Assembly: GCA_963725885.1 (NCBI GenBank)
Contig: CAVSAH010000006.1
Location: 21,828 to 85,827 of the forward strand
Length of the DNA: 64,000 nt
Origin: an uncultured Chloroflexia bacterium
GTDB lineage: Bacteria > Chloroflexota > Limnocylindria > QHBO01
Direction of reading: 5' to 3'
Shown here: positions 30,702 to 42,879 of the stretch, piece by piece
How the letters are laid out: every line of letters starts with the position of its first letter
Numbering within the stretch: the stretch's first letter is position 1
Notes under the pieces: generated by a model
Told to the model about the DNA's origin: nothing
Database searches by the model: none
Seen by the model: only the letters and a program-made list of their open reading frames with translations
Made by a program: the position numbers and the translations under genes

Positions 30702-31853
30702 ATGGACTTCGCCCTCTCCTCACAGCACGAGGACATTCGCCGCACCGTTCGCGAGTTCGCCGAGGGACGCATCGGCCCCGTGGCCGACGAGCTCGAGCGT
30801 CGAGGCGAGTTCCCGACCGAGATCATCCGCGAGGCCGCGGCGCTCGGCCTGCTCGGCGTGCCGTACCCGGAGGAGATCGGCGGCACCGGGCTCGACTCCC
30901 TGGCCTACGCCATCACCGTGGAGGAGCTGTCGCGCGTCAGCGGGAGCGTCGGGATCATCGTCAGCGCCCACACGAGCCTCGGCTGCAACCCGGTCTGGCT
31001 GGCCGGGACCGATGAGCAGAAGGAGCGTTGGCTGCGACCGATGGCGTCCGGCGAGGTCATCGGCGCCTACGGGCTCACCGAGCCCGGCGCGGGCTCCGAC
31101 TCGCGAGGAACGCAGACGCGCGCGCATCTCGACGGCGACGAGTGGGTGCTGAACGGCACGAAGCGCTTCATCACCAACGCCGGGGTCGCGGGAACCTACA
31201 TCGTGACCGCGGTGACCGACCGTGACACCGAGAGCCGGCGCATCACCGCCTTCATCGTTCCCGCCGATGCCCCCGGGTTCAGCATCGGCCGGATGGAGGA
31301 GAAGATGGGCCTCCACGCCAGCAACACCGGCGAGCTCATCTTCGACGGCTGCCGCGTCCCGGCCGAGAACATGCTCGGCGCCGAGGGCGAGGGCGACAAG
31401 CTGTTCCTCAAGACCCTCGATGGCGGGCGCATCGGCATCGCCTCGATGGCGCTTGGGCTGGCGCAGGCGGCCTACGAGGCCGCATCGGCGTACGCGAAGG
31501 AGCGACGCCAGTTCGGGCGGGCCATCGGCGAGTTCCAGGGCGTCGCGTTCATGGTCGCCGACATGGCCATGAAGATCGACGCGGCGCGGCTGATGACGTA
31601 TCGCGCGGCGTGGCTCAAGGACTGCGGCCAGCCCTACTCGACCGAGGCGGCGATGGCCAAGCTCTTCGCCTCTGAGGTGGCCCGCGACGTCACCAACGAC
31701 GCCGTCCAGGTCCACGGAGGCTATGGCTACATCACGGAGTACAAGGTGGAGCGCTACCTGCGCGACGCGAAGCTGACCGAGATCGGCGAGGGGACGAGCC
31801 AGATCCAGCGGATGGTCATCGCGCGCAACCTGCTCGGCCTGCGCTCCTTCTGA
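30702..31853 (+). CDS. Acyl-CoA dehydrogenase
   Basis: Intact 383-aa ORF: ..EIGGTGLDSLAYAITVEELSRV..GAYGLTEPGAGSDS..GELIFDGCRVPAENMLG..QVHGGYGYITEYKVERYLRDAKLTEIGEGTSQIQR. Confidence 0.75.
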   Translation: MDFALSSQHEDIRRTVREFAEGRIGPVADELERRGEFPTEIIREAAALGLLGVPYPEEIGGTGLDSLAYAITVEELSRVSGSVGIIVSAHTSLGCNPVWLAGTDEQKERWLRPMASGEVIGAYGLTEPGAGSDSRGTQTRAHLDGDEWVLNGTKRFITNAGVAGTYIVTAVTDRDTESRRITAFIVPADAPGFSIGRMEEKMGLHASNTGELIFDGCRVPAENMLGAEGEGDKLFLKTLDGGRIGIASMALGLAQAAYEAASAYAKERRQFGRAIGEFQGVAFMVADMAMKIDAARLMTYRAAWLKDCGQPYSTEAAMAKLFASEVARDVTNDAVQVHGGYGYITEYKVERYLRDAKLTEIGEGTSQIQRMVIARNLLGLRSF

Positions 31854-31861
31854 CCGCAGCC

Positions 31862-33814
31862 TCAGCGCCACCGCGGGGCGAGGTCCACGAAGGCGTCCAG
31901 CGCCGCCGGGTCGGCGAGCGATCCGCGCGAGGCGACCTCGTCGGGCGCGTCGCCGGACAGGATGCGCTTCACCGGCACCTCGAGCTTCTTGCCCGACAGC
32001 GTGCGCGGGACCGCGCGCGATGGCGATGATCTCGTCGGGGACGTGACGCGGCGACAGCGCGCTGCGCAGCTCGGCGCGGATCGCCGCGACGACCGCGTCG
32101 GTCAGCTCGTGGCCCTCTGCGGGGACGACGAAGAGCAGGAGCCGGTCGCCGGCGTCGAGGTGGATGACCAGCGAGTCGGCGATCTCGGGCAGGCCCTCGA
32201 CGACGCTGTAGAGCTCCGCGGTGCCGATGCGGACTCCGCCGCGGTTGAGCGTCGCATCGGAGCGTCCGCTGATGACGCACGATCCGCGCTCGGTGATCGT
32301 GATCCAGTCGCCGTGCCGCCACACGCCCGGGCCACGCTCCGAAGTACGCGTCGCGGTAGCGCTCGCCGGTCGGGTCGTTCCAGAACCCGACGGGCATCGA
32401 GGGCATCGGGCGCGTGATGACCAGCTCGCCCTGCTGGTCGATCAGTGGCTGGCCCTCGGGCGAGAAGGCCTCGACGGCGCAGCCGAGCGCGCGGCAGCTG
32501 ATCTCGCCCTCCCAGACCGGCACGAGGGGTGAGCCGCCGACGAACGCGGTGCAGACGTCCGTCCCGCCCGACACGGACTCGAGATGGACGCTCGGCGACA
32601 CGGCCTCCATGCACCCAGCGGAACCCCTCCGCCGGCAGCGGTGCCCCCGTCGAGCCGATGCCGCGAAGGCGCGTCAGATCGGCGATGTCTCCCGGCTCGA
32701 AGCCCCCGGCGCCGGCACGCCATGAGGAAGGGCGCCGACGTCCCGAAGTAGGTCACCTCCTCCTCGGCTGCCATGCGCCACAGGCTCCCGAGGTCGGGAT
32801 GAGCCGGCGAGCCGTCGAGCAGGACGATGGTCGAGCCGACGGCCAGGCCCGACACGAGGTAGTTCCACATCATCCAGCCGGTCGTGCTGTACCAGAAGAA
32901 CCGGTCGGCGTGCCCGAGGTCGTGCTGCAGGCCGAGCGCCTTGAGATGCTCGAGGAGGATGCCCCCGTGGCCGTGAACGATCGGCTTCGGCAGCCCGGTC
33001 GTGCCCGAGCTGTAGAGGACGTACAGCGGATGGTCGAACGCGACCGATGCGAACGCGAGCTCGCCCGGCTCCGCGGTCAGCTCCGCCCAGCTCGTCGCAT
33101 CGGGTGCGGCGGCCTCCGGGTCGAGGTACGGCAGCAGGACCGTGGCGCGCAGGCTCGGGAGGGCCGCGCGGATCTCCGCCAGCTGCTCGCCGCGCGCGAC
33201 GCCGCGCCCGTTGTAGCGATAGCCGTCGACGGCGAGGAGCACCTTCGGCTCGACCTGGGCCAGGCGATCGACGACGCTGCGCGTGCCGAACTCGGGCGCG
33301 CAGCTCGTCCACGTCGCCCCCAGCGACGCGGTTGCCAGCAGGCCGATGACCGCCTCCGGGACGTTGGGCAGGTACGCCGCCACGCGATCGCCCGGCCCAA
33401 CGCCGAGGCGCGCGAGCCCGACGCGGGCACGGGCCACGGCGTCGCGCAGCTCGTCGCCGGTCAGCGCGACCCGCTCGCGCGTCTCGGAACGGCCGATGAC
33501 CACGACCTCGCTCGGCATCGCGGCCATCGAAGCGCAGCGCGTGCTCGGCCCAGTTCAGCCGCGCGTCGGGGAACCAGCGCGCTCCCGGCATCCGTCCGCC
33601 GTGGAGCGCCGGGCCGGGATCGCCACCAACGCCGAAGTGGTCCCAGACGGTGCGCCAGAAGCCGGGGAGGTCGTCGAGCGACCATCGCAGGAGGTCGTCG
33701 TAGTTCGCGAGCGCGACACCGTGCTCGCGTTCCACTCGGTCCATGAACGCGCCGATGCGGGTCCGACGCTCGCGCATCGGCCGCCGGAGCCCACAGGACG
33801 GGCGGAGGGGTCAC
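31862..33814 (-). pseudogene. Acetoacetyl-CoA synthetase-like AMP-forming ligase, fragmented over four or more frames
   Basis: N-terminus VLWAPAAD..RIGAFMDRVEREHGVALANYDDLLRWSLDDLPGFWRTVWDHF..GRMPGARWFPDARLNWAEHAL. Middle ..LYVLYSSGTTGLPKPIVHGHGGILLEHL..FFWYSTTGWMMWNYL. C-terminus ..GDWITITERGSCVISGRSDATLNRGGVRIGTAELY. These pieces lie in ORFs 33461..33814, 32674..33777, 32442..33527, 31969..32610 and 30720..32324. Confidence 0.6.
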
Positions 33815-33855
33815 GCGCCCGATGATGCCAGAGCGCGCGTATCCTCAGCCGACCG

Positions 33856-35929
33856 ATGATCCTCGCGGCGTCACTCGTCCTCCTCCTCGCCGGCGCGCCG
33901 CTGCTCCCGCCAGGCCCGGCCGATGCGACGGTGACCGCCGTGCCGGACACGCCCGGGGCGACGATGCTCCCCGAGGCTGCCACCTACCACGCGATCGTCG
34001 CCGACGTCGACGAGGACGGAGCCGGCGACCTCGTGCGGCTGGTCGACGCCGGTGACGGCGCGATCAACCTCGAGGCGTGGAGCGTCGACGGCGACGGAGT
34101 GCCGCACCGCATCTCCGAGCCGATCACCGTGGCGCCCTCGCTCCAGGCGACCCTTCCCGGCGAGCTGGTGTATGCCGGATCACCCAGCGTCCTCCTGGCC
34201 AGGCGGATCGACGGGGTCGTGCGCGCGACGCTCGTGCGCCAGCCGCGGTTCGAGGAGCCGGGCCTCGAGGTCGACTGCTGCCTCTTCTTCCACGACGTCG
34301 TGGCAGCCGGCGGCGCGTTGCGACTCGTCCCGGTCGCCGACGAGGGCCATGTGGCGGACGCCGTCCTCGCCGTCGACCTGGACGGCGACGCGACCGACGA
34401 GCTGCTCCTCACGCGCAGCCTGCCGCCGCTCGGGCGAGACCACGTTCCCGACCGAGGCCCGCATCCTGCGCTGGACGGAGGACGGCTTCGGGCCACCGAC
34501 CCTCACCGAGATCGACGTCGGGTCGGGATACTCGCCCTTCGTCCTCGGCGACAGCGATGGCGAGCCCGGCGACGAGGCCGCATTCATCGCCGAGCAGTCC
34601 CGTCTGCACCGCATCTCGCTCCGCGACGGTGACGTGGTGGTGGCGGAGAGCGCGGAGCCGGGCGTCGGCGCCGCGGTGGCCGTGCCCATCGACGATGGCG
34701 TCGGGATCGCGACGGTGAGCTTCGCGGCGGGCACCACGGTGCGGCAATGGCCGCGCGACCGGGAGCGCGGGGAAGCCGTGGGCGTGCTGCCGATCTACGC
34801 CGCCTCGATCGTCGGCGTGTCGCACCTCGGCGACGGCGCGGGAATGGCGATCAGGCGACCCGACCTGCCGGTGCCCGTCCTCCTCGCCCTGCCCGAGCTC
34901 CTCGACGTCGCGCCAGCCAGCGACGACCCCGTCGTTGCCATGCTCGCGGACGGCCCGGCTCCCGCGTACGTCGGCCCGGTACCGGGCGGCCGCAACGGCG
35001 GGAGCGTGGTGGCGCTTGCCGGGTCGCTGGCCGTCGACGGGAACCTGGTGCCCAGCCTGCCCATGGCCGGCGTACGGCCGGTCGGCTTCCTGGGTCCCGA
35101 CGCCGCCTGGGTCGCCCTGTGGCATGGCGACTGGCTCGGTCCGTCGCCGAGCCCGGAGAGCAGCGCCCTCCGCGACCCGATCGCGCCCGCCGGCTCGGGC
35201 GTGAGCATCGTCCCGGCCGAGGCGATCATGTCGCCGCAGGCCGGCGATGGGATCCTCGAACCACCCGTCAGCGAGGCGGCGATCGATGGGGATCAGCTGC
35301 TCGTCACGTCGGACGGCTTCGTGGCATCGGTGGCGGCTCCGCCGGGATCGCGGGTGTACGTCACCGACGACCTCGGGCTGGAGCGTTGGGTCGACATCGT
35401 GCCGGCGACAGGAGAGCTTGACGTGCGGGTCAACGTCCCCGCCAATCCCGGGCCAGGCGGCCCCCGCGTCGAGCTCGCCGTCGCGACGCCGGCGGGACAT
35501 GGCTACGCGGCCGCCTGGTCGCTGCAGGTCCTCGACGAGGTTCCCGAGCTGTCCGCGCGCTCGACGACGCCCATCGGCTCGGCGCGGGTCACGATCAGCG
35601 GCACGACCGCTCCGGGCGCCATCGTCAGCGTCGCGGGACGCGAGGTCACCGTCGGGGTCGACGGGCAGTTCCGTTCCGAGCTGGACCTGCCGCCCTGGCC
35701 GACGACGGTCGAGGTCGTCTCCACCGACCAGCTGGGCCACGCCACCGAGCTGACCGTGGTCGGAGTGGGCTGGTATGACTACCGCGGGCTGCCGTGGATC
35801 GCGATCGCGGCGATGGTCGTGGCGATCGGAGGCGGCCTGCTGGCGGTCCGGGGTGCGCGGGTTCAGCCAGAGGACGCGCACGACGATGATGCCGTGATCA
35901 CCGACGAGCTCGACACCGAGGAGCTCTAG
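33856..35929 (+). CDS. Large hypothetical secreted protein with N-terminal signal and C-terminal transmembrane anchor; frameshift near 34430
   Basis: MILAASLVLLLAGAPLLPPGPADA.. (ORF 33856..34632) continues in ORF 34052..35929 (..AIVSVAGREVTVGVDGQF..). It ends LPWIAIAAMVVAIGGGLLAV followed by an acidic tail. Confidence 0.5.
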
Positions 35930-38916
35930 CCCCGATCAGCTCCCGCGCCGGCGTGCGGCGAGCCGTTCGGCAAGGGTCTCGGCCGAGAGTCGGATCCGCC
36001 GCGGACGTCGGTGCCGGCGGTTCGGTGGCTGCGGGCGCGGGCGCGGTGCGGGATGACGTCGCAGCGCTGCTCGGGCGCCGGATGGGCCGCGATCCGCGGT
36101 CGATGCCGGCGCCGTGATCGGTGACACGACCTCCGGCGCCTGCGTCGCGGCGGCGCCGCGCCCGGCACGCCGCTCTCCGCGGGCACGCGCCGCTCGCAGC
36201 TCGCCCAGCCCTGCGACAGCTTCGGGCTCGCCGCCCCCGATGCCCACGCGTCGCGCGGCCCAGGACCGCGCCCGGCTCGAGGTCGGAGCGGGCCAGCGCC
36301 ACGCGCCGCACGCCGACGTCGAGGGGCACGAGCACGATTGCCAGGAGGAGCAGCCACGGCCAGATCGGTGTCGGGAAGGCGCTCGCCGCGAGGTCGTGAC
36401 GCCACACTTCCGCCCCGGGCTCATCCGCGGCGAGCGGCAGCTCGCGTCCACCGCCCGCGGTCGCGAATCCGGCCAGCGGCTCGGTGTCCACGCCGAGGCG
36501 GCGGTACTCGGCGGCGGCCGGGGAGACGATGCCAAGGGTCCTGCTGGCCGCATCGGTCCGCTCCTCGTCCTCGTAGGTCTGCGCCACCCGGACGAGGTAG
36601 GCGCCCGGATCGGCGGCTCGCACGCGCCCCGCGTACCGCCCCGGGCCGACCTGGGTGAGCTCGGCCTGAAGCGGCTCCAGGTCCGGTGCCACGAGGCGCA
36701 GGACGGTGCGGTAGAAGTTGCGCGGCGCCCCGTCGTCGTCGAACGAGGTGACCTCGACGTCGAGCTCACCGTTGCCGGCGGGCGTGAAGCGCACGTCGAT
36801 TCCCTCCGCGTCCTGCGGCGGGAAGCGTCCACGCCACGAGCTGCGCGGTCAGGGTGCCGAACTCGGCGGTGCCGATCCACGGGGCGGCCCATTGCTCGCG
36901 CGCGTCGGACGTCCAGGCGACCGCGCGGCCGAGGCCGTACTGCCACTGCGCCAGCAGCGGGTCCTCGCGGGCGGTCAGGAGCGACACGGTCGCCGATCCC
37001 TTGGGAGTCGTCGCGTTGTACCCGAGGAGCTGCGGAAGCCGGCCGGCATCGAGCCCGTCGAGGATCTCGGAGCTCGCCGAGGGAATCGGCTGGAACGCCT
37101 CCTCGACGATGCGCTCGCCGGCCGTTCGGATCGTCTCGCGCAGGAAGATGTCGGGGATCGTGGACGCGTCGGGGGCGTTGTAGTAGCGACCGCCCGACTC
37201 GTCGGCCAGGCGGCGCAGGACGTCGGCCGACCCGCCGCCGGTCCCGATGGTCGACAGCGTGATCCCGGCCTCGCGCAGGTCGTCGAGCAGCTCGTCGTAC
37301 GCGCCGTGGGTCGACCAGCCGTCGGTCACCAGGATGATGTGGCGCAGGGTCGCGGGGTTGTCGCGGAGGTCCTCGTAGGCGGCCTGCAGCCCGGCGAAGA
37401 TGTTCGTCGCTGCCGTCGGCGCGGAAGCCGAGCCCGTCTCCGATGGCGCCGAAGTCGATCGGCGCGGTGCGGACCGCCCAGTGCGCGTTCTCGTCGAAGG
37501 TCACGACGCCGAGCTGGTCGGTCGGGGCGAGGGCCTCGGCGGCGCGCAGAATCGCCTCCTTGGCGATGTCCACCTTCTCGAAGCCTCGCTGGCCCGACGG
37601 GTTGGCCGTGTCGCGCGAGTCGCCGGTGCAGTGGCAGTCGGCCATGCTGCCCGACTTGTCGACCACCGCGACCATCGCGACGTCCGGCGAGCGCTCGCGG
37701 TCGCGGACGCTCATGTAGACCGGCATCGTCTCCTCGAGCGGCGTGTCGAGGTAGCCGCCGGCGCCGAAGCTCTCGCGCCCGCCGAGCATGACCAGGCCCC
37801 TGCCGAGGTCGCGCACGTAGACCTGGAGCGTGGCCATCGTCGCCTCGCCGAGGTCGTCGGCCGAAACGTTGTCGAGCACGATCGAGTCGTAGCCGGCCAG
37901 CGAGGTCAGCGCCGACGGCACTCCACCGAGCTCCGACCACCGTCACCTCGAGGTCGCCCTCGCCCAGCGACGCGACGAGGTCCGCGGCTCGCGCGGCGTC
38001 ATCGGTCGCGACGAGCACGCTGCGGCGGACCCGTTACGACCACGTAGGCGTCGGCCGCGTTGTTCTCGGCGAAACGGTCCTCGTCGGGCTCGATGACGGC
38101 CCGGAAGACGTGGAACCCGGCGCTGTCGGCCGTGACGCTGAACGGGATGGTCGTGATACCCGGCTCGAGCTCGATGTCGCGGGTGGTGACGGTCGCGCCG
38201 TCGGCAAGCAGGCGGATCGTGGCGCCGGTGGCGACCGTCGAGCGGACTCGCACGGTCATGTCGATCGTCTCGCCGACGCGCGCTCCGGTCGGTGCCGCGA
38301 GCTCGTCGATGAGCACCTCGGCCGGCTGGTCGGAGGACGGAGTGACGACGTCGAGACGGATGCCGCGGGCGGCGGCCGCGGCGATGGCATCGGTCTGCCT
38401 CCCCGGAGGTGTCGTTGCCGTCGGACAGGAGCACCAGGCGCTGCTGCATCCCGGCTGGCATGATCGCCGCACCGAGGCGAACCGCGGCGGCGACGTCGCT
38501 CGCCCCCGCGACCGGTGCCGATGCCGGGTCGTCCAGCTCCGCGAGCTCCGACGGCAACCGATCGACGAGCGCGTTGGCCCCGAACACGACCACGCCGGCC
38601 CGATCCCCGTCGGGCATGTCGCGCACCGCGGCGCGTGCCCACTCGACGAGCTCCTCCGAGGTCGGCGTCGAGCATCGAGTCCGATGCGTCGAGGAGGAAC
38701 ACGGTGGCGCAGACGATCGGACGGGAGCGCGAGCCGCATCCCGGCCAGCGACAGCACGAGGCACGCCGCGAGGACGAGCCGAATGACGAGCGATGCGGCG
38801 CGGCGCCCGGCGGGGAGCGTGCGGGATGCCGCCATCCATCCAACGACCACGATCACGACCGACGGCACCGCCAGCCACAGCCACATCGGGTCGCTGAAGT
38901 TGAGCGGGAAGCTCAT
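35898..38916 (-). CDS. Giant membrane protein: BatB-like N-terminal transmembrane plus VWA domain fused to a second VWA domain and a C-terminal transmembrane segment (about 1000 aa). Many frameshifts; the 3' end is uncertain between 35898 and 36330.
   Basis: ATG at about 38916 overlaps the upstream stop (ATGA). MSFPLNFSDPMWLWLAVPSVVIVVVGWMAA..; VWA-1 ..TVFLLDASDSMLDADLGGAR..VVVFGANALV..LVLLSDGNDT; VWA-2 ..AMVAVVDKSGSMAD..LGVVTFDENAHW..ILVTDGWSTHG..ADESGGRYYNA; ..IWPWLLLLAIVLVPLDVGVRRV. These pieces lie in ORFs 37999..40317, 38256..38843, 37943..39049, 37326..38018, 35936..37921, 36766..37329 and 35898..36794. Confidence 0.55.
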
Positions 38917-40884
38917 CGCGCCGCGTTCTCCGAGCGGCTGCGGGCGCCGACCGAACGCCCGCGCCATCGTCCTGCGCGTCGGGCGATGGAAGAGGATCCA
39001 CTCGACGGCGAGGAGCGCCAGTGCGACCAGGGCCAGCGGCCACCACCACTCGGTCCGCGACGGCTGGCCCGAGGTCGGAGCGTCGTCGGGGACGCGGCCC
39101 ATGTCGGTGAGGCGCGTCGGGTCGCCCGGGGCGACGTCCGACTCGTCGGCGCTGAACAGGTTGACCGCCGTCGTGCCGAGCAGCGTCCCGTCGACCGCGC
39201 CGTCGTCGCTGATGGCGCGGACCTCGCGCAGGCCCACCGCCGCGGCGCCGGGAATCGTCACCCGCCCATCGACCACCGGGAGCTCGACGCGCGCGTCGCC
39301 GTCCGCGGCGCCGGGCAGCCCGTCCGCGCCGATCGACGTCACGGCCACGCCGGTGACCTCGGGATCCACACTGACCGAAAGCGACTCGCCCAGGCCCATG
39401 GAGGAAGGCAGGATCCCGTCGGCCGTCGGCAGGAGGTAGTCGACGACGTTGCTGACGAGCAGCGGGAACGCGACCTGCAGCGGCAGGTCCGACTCGTCGA
39501 GGTCGAACGCCACGAGGCCGATGCGCTCTCCGCCGGCCTCGCCCACCGCGATGAGCGGCGCATCGCGGGTCGATGCCACCACCGCGCGCATGCCGGCGGC
39601 GAGCTCCACCTCCCTGGCTCGTCCGATGTGGACGCTGGCGAGGTCGACGAAGCGGAGCAGCGGGTCATCGGCGGTCGACCGCTCGATGAGCGGCCCTTCG
39701 ATGCGTCCCCCGACGCTGCCGAACGCCCCGTCGGCATCGGGGGCGACGTAGAGCGCCGCGGCGTCGGGCGCCTCATCGGGCACGACACCGTCGAAGACCA
39801 CGAGCCCGTAGGGCGTCCCTGCCTCCTGCGCTTCCTCCATGGCATCGGCGTAGCCCTCGGCACTCGACCGCGTACAGCTCGAGACGGGGGAGGAGGGCCA
39901 GCGCGCTCTCGAGGTACGCGGATCCCTCGCCGACGAGAAGCGCCCGGGTCGCGTCGGCGGCCGGCACGATCGCGAACGCCCGGTCGTCGGTGGAGAGCGC
40001 ATCGGACCCTGCCAGGCGCGCCTCGACGGCCACGGCCGATGGGGGAACGGTCGTGACGAGTGCCTCCGCCCGCTGGCCGGCCGCGATCGTGAGGTCCCGC
40101 GCGTCGACGAGCGCCCCGTCGGCGTAGATCTCGAGTCTCCTGGTGGCGTCCGCGCTCGACGGATTTGCCACGGCCACGAACAGGTCCAGCTGCGCCCCAC
40201 CCGAGCGGCGCAGGGCCGAGAGCGCCGCGATGGCCTGGTTGGCATCGGTCTCGCCGACGCGCTCGACGAGAACCGGAGCACCGACGCCGAGCTCTGGCAG
40301 GTCGTCGCCGGCGGCATCGGTCACGACCACCACGGTCGAGTCGCTGTCGCGAGCGGCCAGTGCCGATGCCAGGGCGAAGGCATCGGTCAGGTCGCCCACC
40401 TGCTGGGTTGCCTCGAGGCCGTCGATCGCCTCCAGCGCGGCCTCGCGGTCATCCGTCTCGGACACGAGCACGGTGGCGGTGTCGGCGGCCGCGACCACGG
40501 TGATCCGGCCGCCCTCGCGGCAGCCGTCCGACGACGTCCGTCGCGCGCTCGCGCGCGAGCGCCATGCGGTCCTCGGCGTCGGCCGGATGTGGCCATCGAC
40601 GCGCTGGTGTCGACCACGAGAACCACGTTCGCGGCCAGGTCCGAGGTCGTGGCGGCGAAGGGGCGGGCCGCGGCCATCACCACGAGCGCGGCGATGAGGA
40701 GCTGGAGCAGCAGCAGCCAGCTGAAGCGGAGACGCTGCCACGGCGCGTTGGCCTCGAGGTCGCGGACGAGCTGCTGCCAGAGGAAGGTCGACCCGACCGG
40801 CACGTCGCGCCGTCGCAGCCGGAGCATGTAGAACGCCACGATCACCGGCAGGCTGACGAGGCCGATGAGGGCCAGAGGCAGGAT
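38913..40884 (-). CDS. BatA-like protein: N-terminal two-helix aerotolerance-regulator-type membrane domain plus VWA domain and C-terminal transmembrane segment; frameshifted
   Basis: ATG overlaps the DUF58 stop (TGATGA). MILPLALIGLVSLPVIVAFYMLRLRRRDVPVGSTFLWQQLVRDLEANAPWQRLRFSWLLLLQLLIA..ANVVLVVDTSASMA; ..GGRITVVAAADTATVL..; ..TEWWWPLALVALALLAVEWILFHR. These lie in ORFs 40387..41010, 39773..40975 and 37999..40317. Confidence 0.6.
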
Positions 40885-40886
40885 CA

Positions 40887-41778
40887 TCACTCGACCACGC
40901 GTCGGCGGCGGAGGACGTCGAAGAGCAGGTCGGCGAGGTCGATGTCCGAGGGCACCACGACGTACGCGCCGCCACGACGCGACACGAACGTCGCGATCTC
41001 GGCCTGCCACTCGGCCAGGCGTGCGCGGTAGCGATCGACGAGGTCGTCGTCGCCGCTCACCTCGACCGGCTGGCCGGTCTCGTTGTCGACGAGCCGCGCG
41101 TCGGGCGGCACGTCGGGATCGAGCTCATCGGGTGCGAGGAGGTGGAGCACGGAGAGCTGCGAGCGCGTTCCGGCCAGGTCGCGCAGCGCGTCGAGGTAGC
41201 CGGGGTCCATGAGGTCGCTGATGAGGAGGAGCGGCCCGCTGCCGCGCATGCGCGACGCGTAGGCGCGCGCGGCAGCGGCGAGGCCGGTCATGCGCTCGGT
41301 CCGCGGCTGGGCGAGGAAGTCGAAGAGCTCCACGGCCCGTCGCTTGCCGCGGATGGGCCGCATCGCGGTCGCCGTGCCGTCGCCGAGGAACGCGACGCTG
41401 ACGCGGTCCATGCTCGCCAGGCCGAGGTACCCGAGCGCCGCCGCGGCCCGCCGCGCCGCGTCGAGCTTGTTCGGCGTCCCGAAGTCCATCGAGCGGCTCG
41501 CGTCGACGAGGACGTGGACCGTGACGTCCTCCTCCTCGACGAAGAGCTTGACGAAGAGGCGCTCGAGTCGGGCGTAGGCGTTCCAGTCGAGCTGGCGCAG
41601 GTCGTCGCCGGCGGCGTAGGTCCGGTAGTCGGCGAACTCGACGCTCTGGCCGCGCCGCACGCTGCGACGCTCACCCTTCATCCGCCCGGCGATGAGCCGC
41701 CGGGAGGCGAGCTCGAGCTGCTCGAGGCGGCGCAGGAAGGCCTCGTCGAAGAACGGCGCGCGCTCGGTCGACGGTCAT
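40887..41778 (-). CDS. DUF58 domain protein (MoxR partner), one-base frameshift right after the start
   Basis: MTVD then a shift to ..APFFDEAFLRRLEQLELASRRLIAGRMKGERRSVRRGQSVEFADYRTYAAGDDLRQLDWNAYARLERLFVKLFVEEEDVTVHVLVDASRSM (ORF 40887..41681). Confidence 0.7.
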
Positions 41779-41804
41779 CGGCTCGGCGGCCTGCGTCGGC
41801 CGAT

Positions 41805-41822
41805 CGTATATACGTATATACG
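41805..41822. promoter_or_regulatory. 18-bp perfect palindrome CGTATATACGTATATACG in the 59-bp MoxR-DUF58 intergenic gap
   Basis: Read directly from the sequence. This is an AT-rich island in a roughly 70% GC locus; it may be an operator, an RNA processing site, or an artefact. Confidence 0.4.
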
Positions 41823-41837
41823 GCGACCGGGCACCGA

Positions 41838-42875
<1,038 letters not shown>

Positions 42876-42879
<4 letters not shown>

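Noticed and set aside
36114-37791. Plus-strand ORFs of 357 to 382 aa inside the Bat-like locus
   Set aside because: They lie antisense to the giant VWA gene. They are Arg/Pro-rich without motifs, whereas the minus strand carries clear VWA signatures.
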